Assembly (NCBI GenBank): GCA_020137815.1
Contig: CM035362.1
Span: 3,968,001-4,032,000 of the forward strand
Length of the DNA: 64,000 nt
Origin: Hormiphora californensis
Lineage: Eukaryota > Animalia > Ctenophora
Reading direction: 5' to 3'
The notes beneath the pieces are model-generated. The model saw nothing but the letters and a program-made list of their open reading frames with translations. It was not told the DNA's origin and did not search any database. The position numbers were made by a program, and so were the translations under genes. Below are positions 63,440 to 64,000 of this stretch, in pieces (positions within the stretch are counted from its first letter, which is position 1; each line of letters starts with the position of its first letter).

Positions 63440-64000
63440 GTTAGAGTATTTAATAAGTTAGATTAATATGATAGCTTGAAACCACGTTTCAAATAAAAAA
63501 CACGGTAGAAAAAGGTGCTGTAAAAAACTCAAGGTTACAGATCAGTGGTCGTATGATTTGTCGAAAAGGTAGGTCTTCAACCTTGATTTGAAGATGACCT
63601 CATCTGAACAATTTCTGATAGAGGCAGGTAGGCTATTCACAGCCTAGGTCTGATACCTGGAAAGCACGCTGAGACGTTTTGTACTTGGTGGAAAAGTCTC
63701 TCTCAAGGAGGGTATCATCATTGTCATACCTCAGAGATTTGATTTTAGGTTGTCGCCGTTGGATAATATCCTGTAAATATGATGGTGCAAGATTGTTGAG
63801 ACATTTGAAAACCATGAGACAAATCTTGAACGATCTGGCCGAAACAGGAAGAAAATGTAGCTGCTTTTGAGTTTAGTCACTCCTCTCCACTGCCTTCTGC
63901 CGAAAACAAATCGTGTCGCAGAGTTTTGAACTTTTTGTAGTCGAGAAATGTCACTTTGATCTGCACCAATTAACACGTCCATTGCAATAATCAAGACGTG
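63440..64000 (-). mobile_element. Decayed 3' end of an L2/CR1-group LINE (RT C-terminus), running off the window
   Basis: Frameshifted peptides LQKVQNSATRFV, FKICLMVFKCLNNLAPSYL and NSLPASIR..FKSRLKTYLF; AT-rich repeat tail. Confidence 0.82.

Overview
This is eukaryotic (animal) genomic DNA with GT-AG introns, not prokaryotic. It is probably a ctenophore: I recall the dominant MITEs, translated as [19 protein letters not shown] and QSDPDLPGPDLPEPRFTG, from Pleurobrachia gene models, but this is unverified. Genes reconstructed by hand: a 5'-truncated TRPM2-like channel with a C-terminal NUDT9-H domain (1714-25307, +), an RBM33-like RRM gene (-), an 8-exon penicillin/AHL-acylase family Ntn-hydrolase (33312-41696, -, likely of bacterial origin), a divergent TCTP (+), Vps15/PIK3R4 (-), Rpn11/PSMD14 (-), a KIX/MED15-like gene (+), and three intron-nested genes (two secreted proteins and a GPCR). 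Mobile DNA includes an intact RTE-like LINE with TSD, an ORF1-only LINE derivative, a decayed L2/CR1 fragment, and hAT-, Tc1/mariner- and Merlin-like MITEs. Main observations: (1) the channel carries two clusters of apparently mutually exclusive homologous exons, two versions of S4/S4-S5 linker/S5 start and three versions of the Cys-bounded pore turret (up to 6 core variants), plus a candidate NUDT9-H-less terminal exon; (2) its Nudix box reads RILLDL, resembling the enzyme-dead vertebrate RILRQE rather than the active REFxEE; (3) tandem arrays repeatedly copy real splice junctions, mostly AG|GT, with up to about 51 near-identical donor sites; (4) the intron-containing bacterial-type acylase. 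All gene models are manual and need RNA-seq. Several 1-nt frameshifts look like assembly errors.
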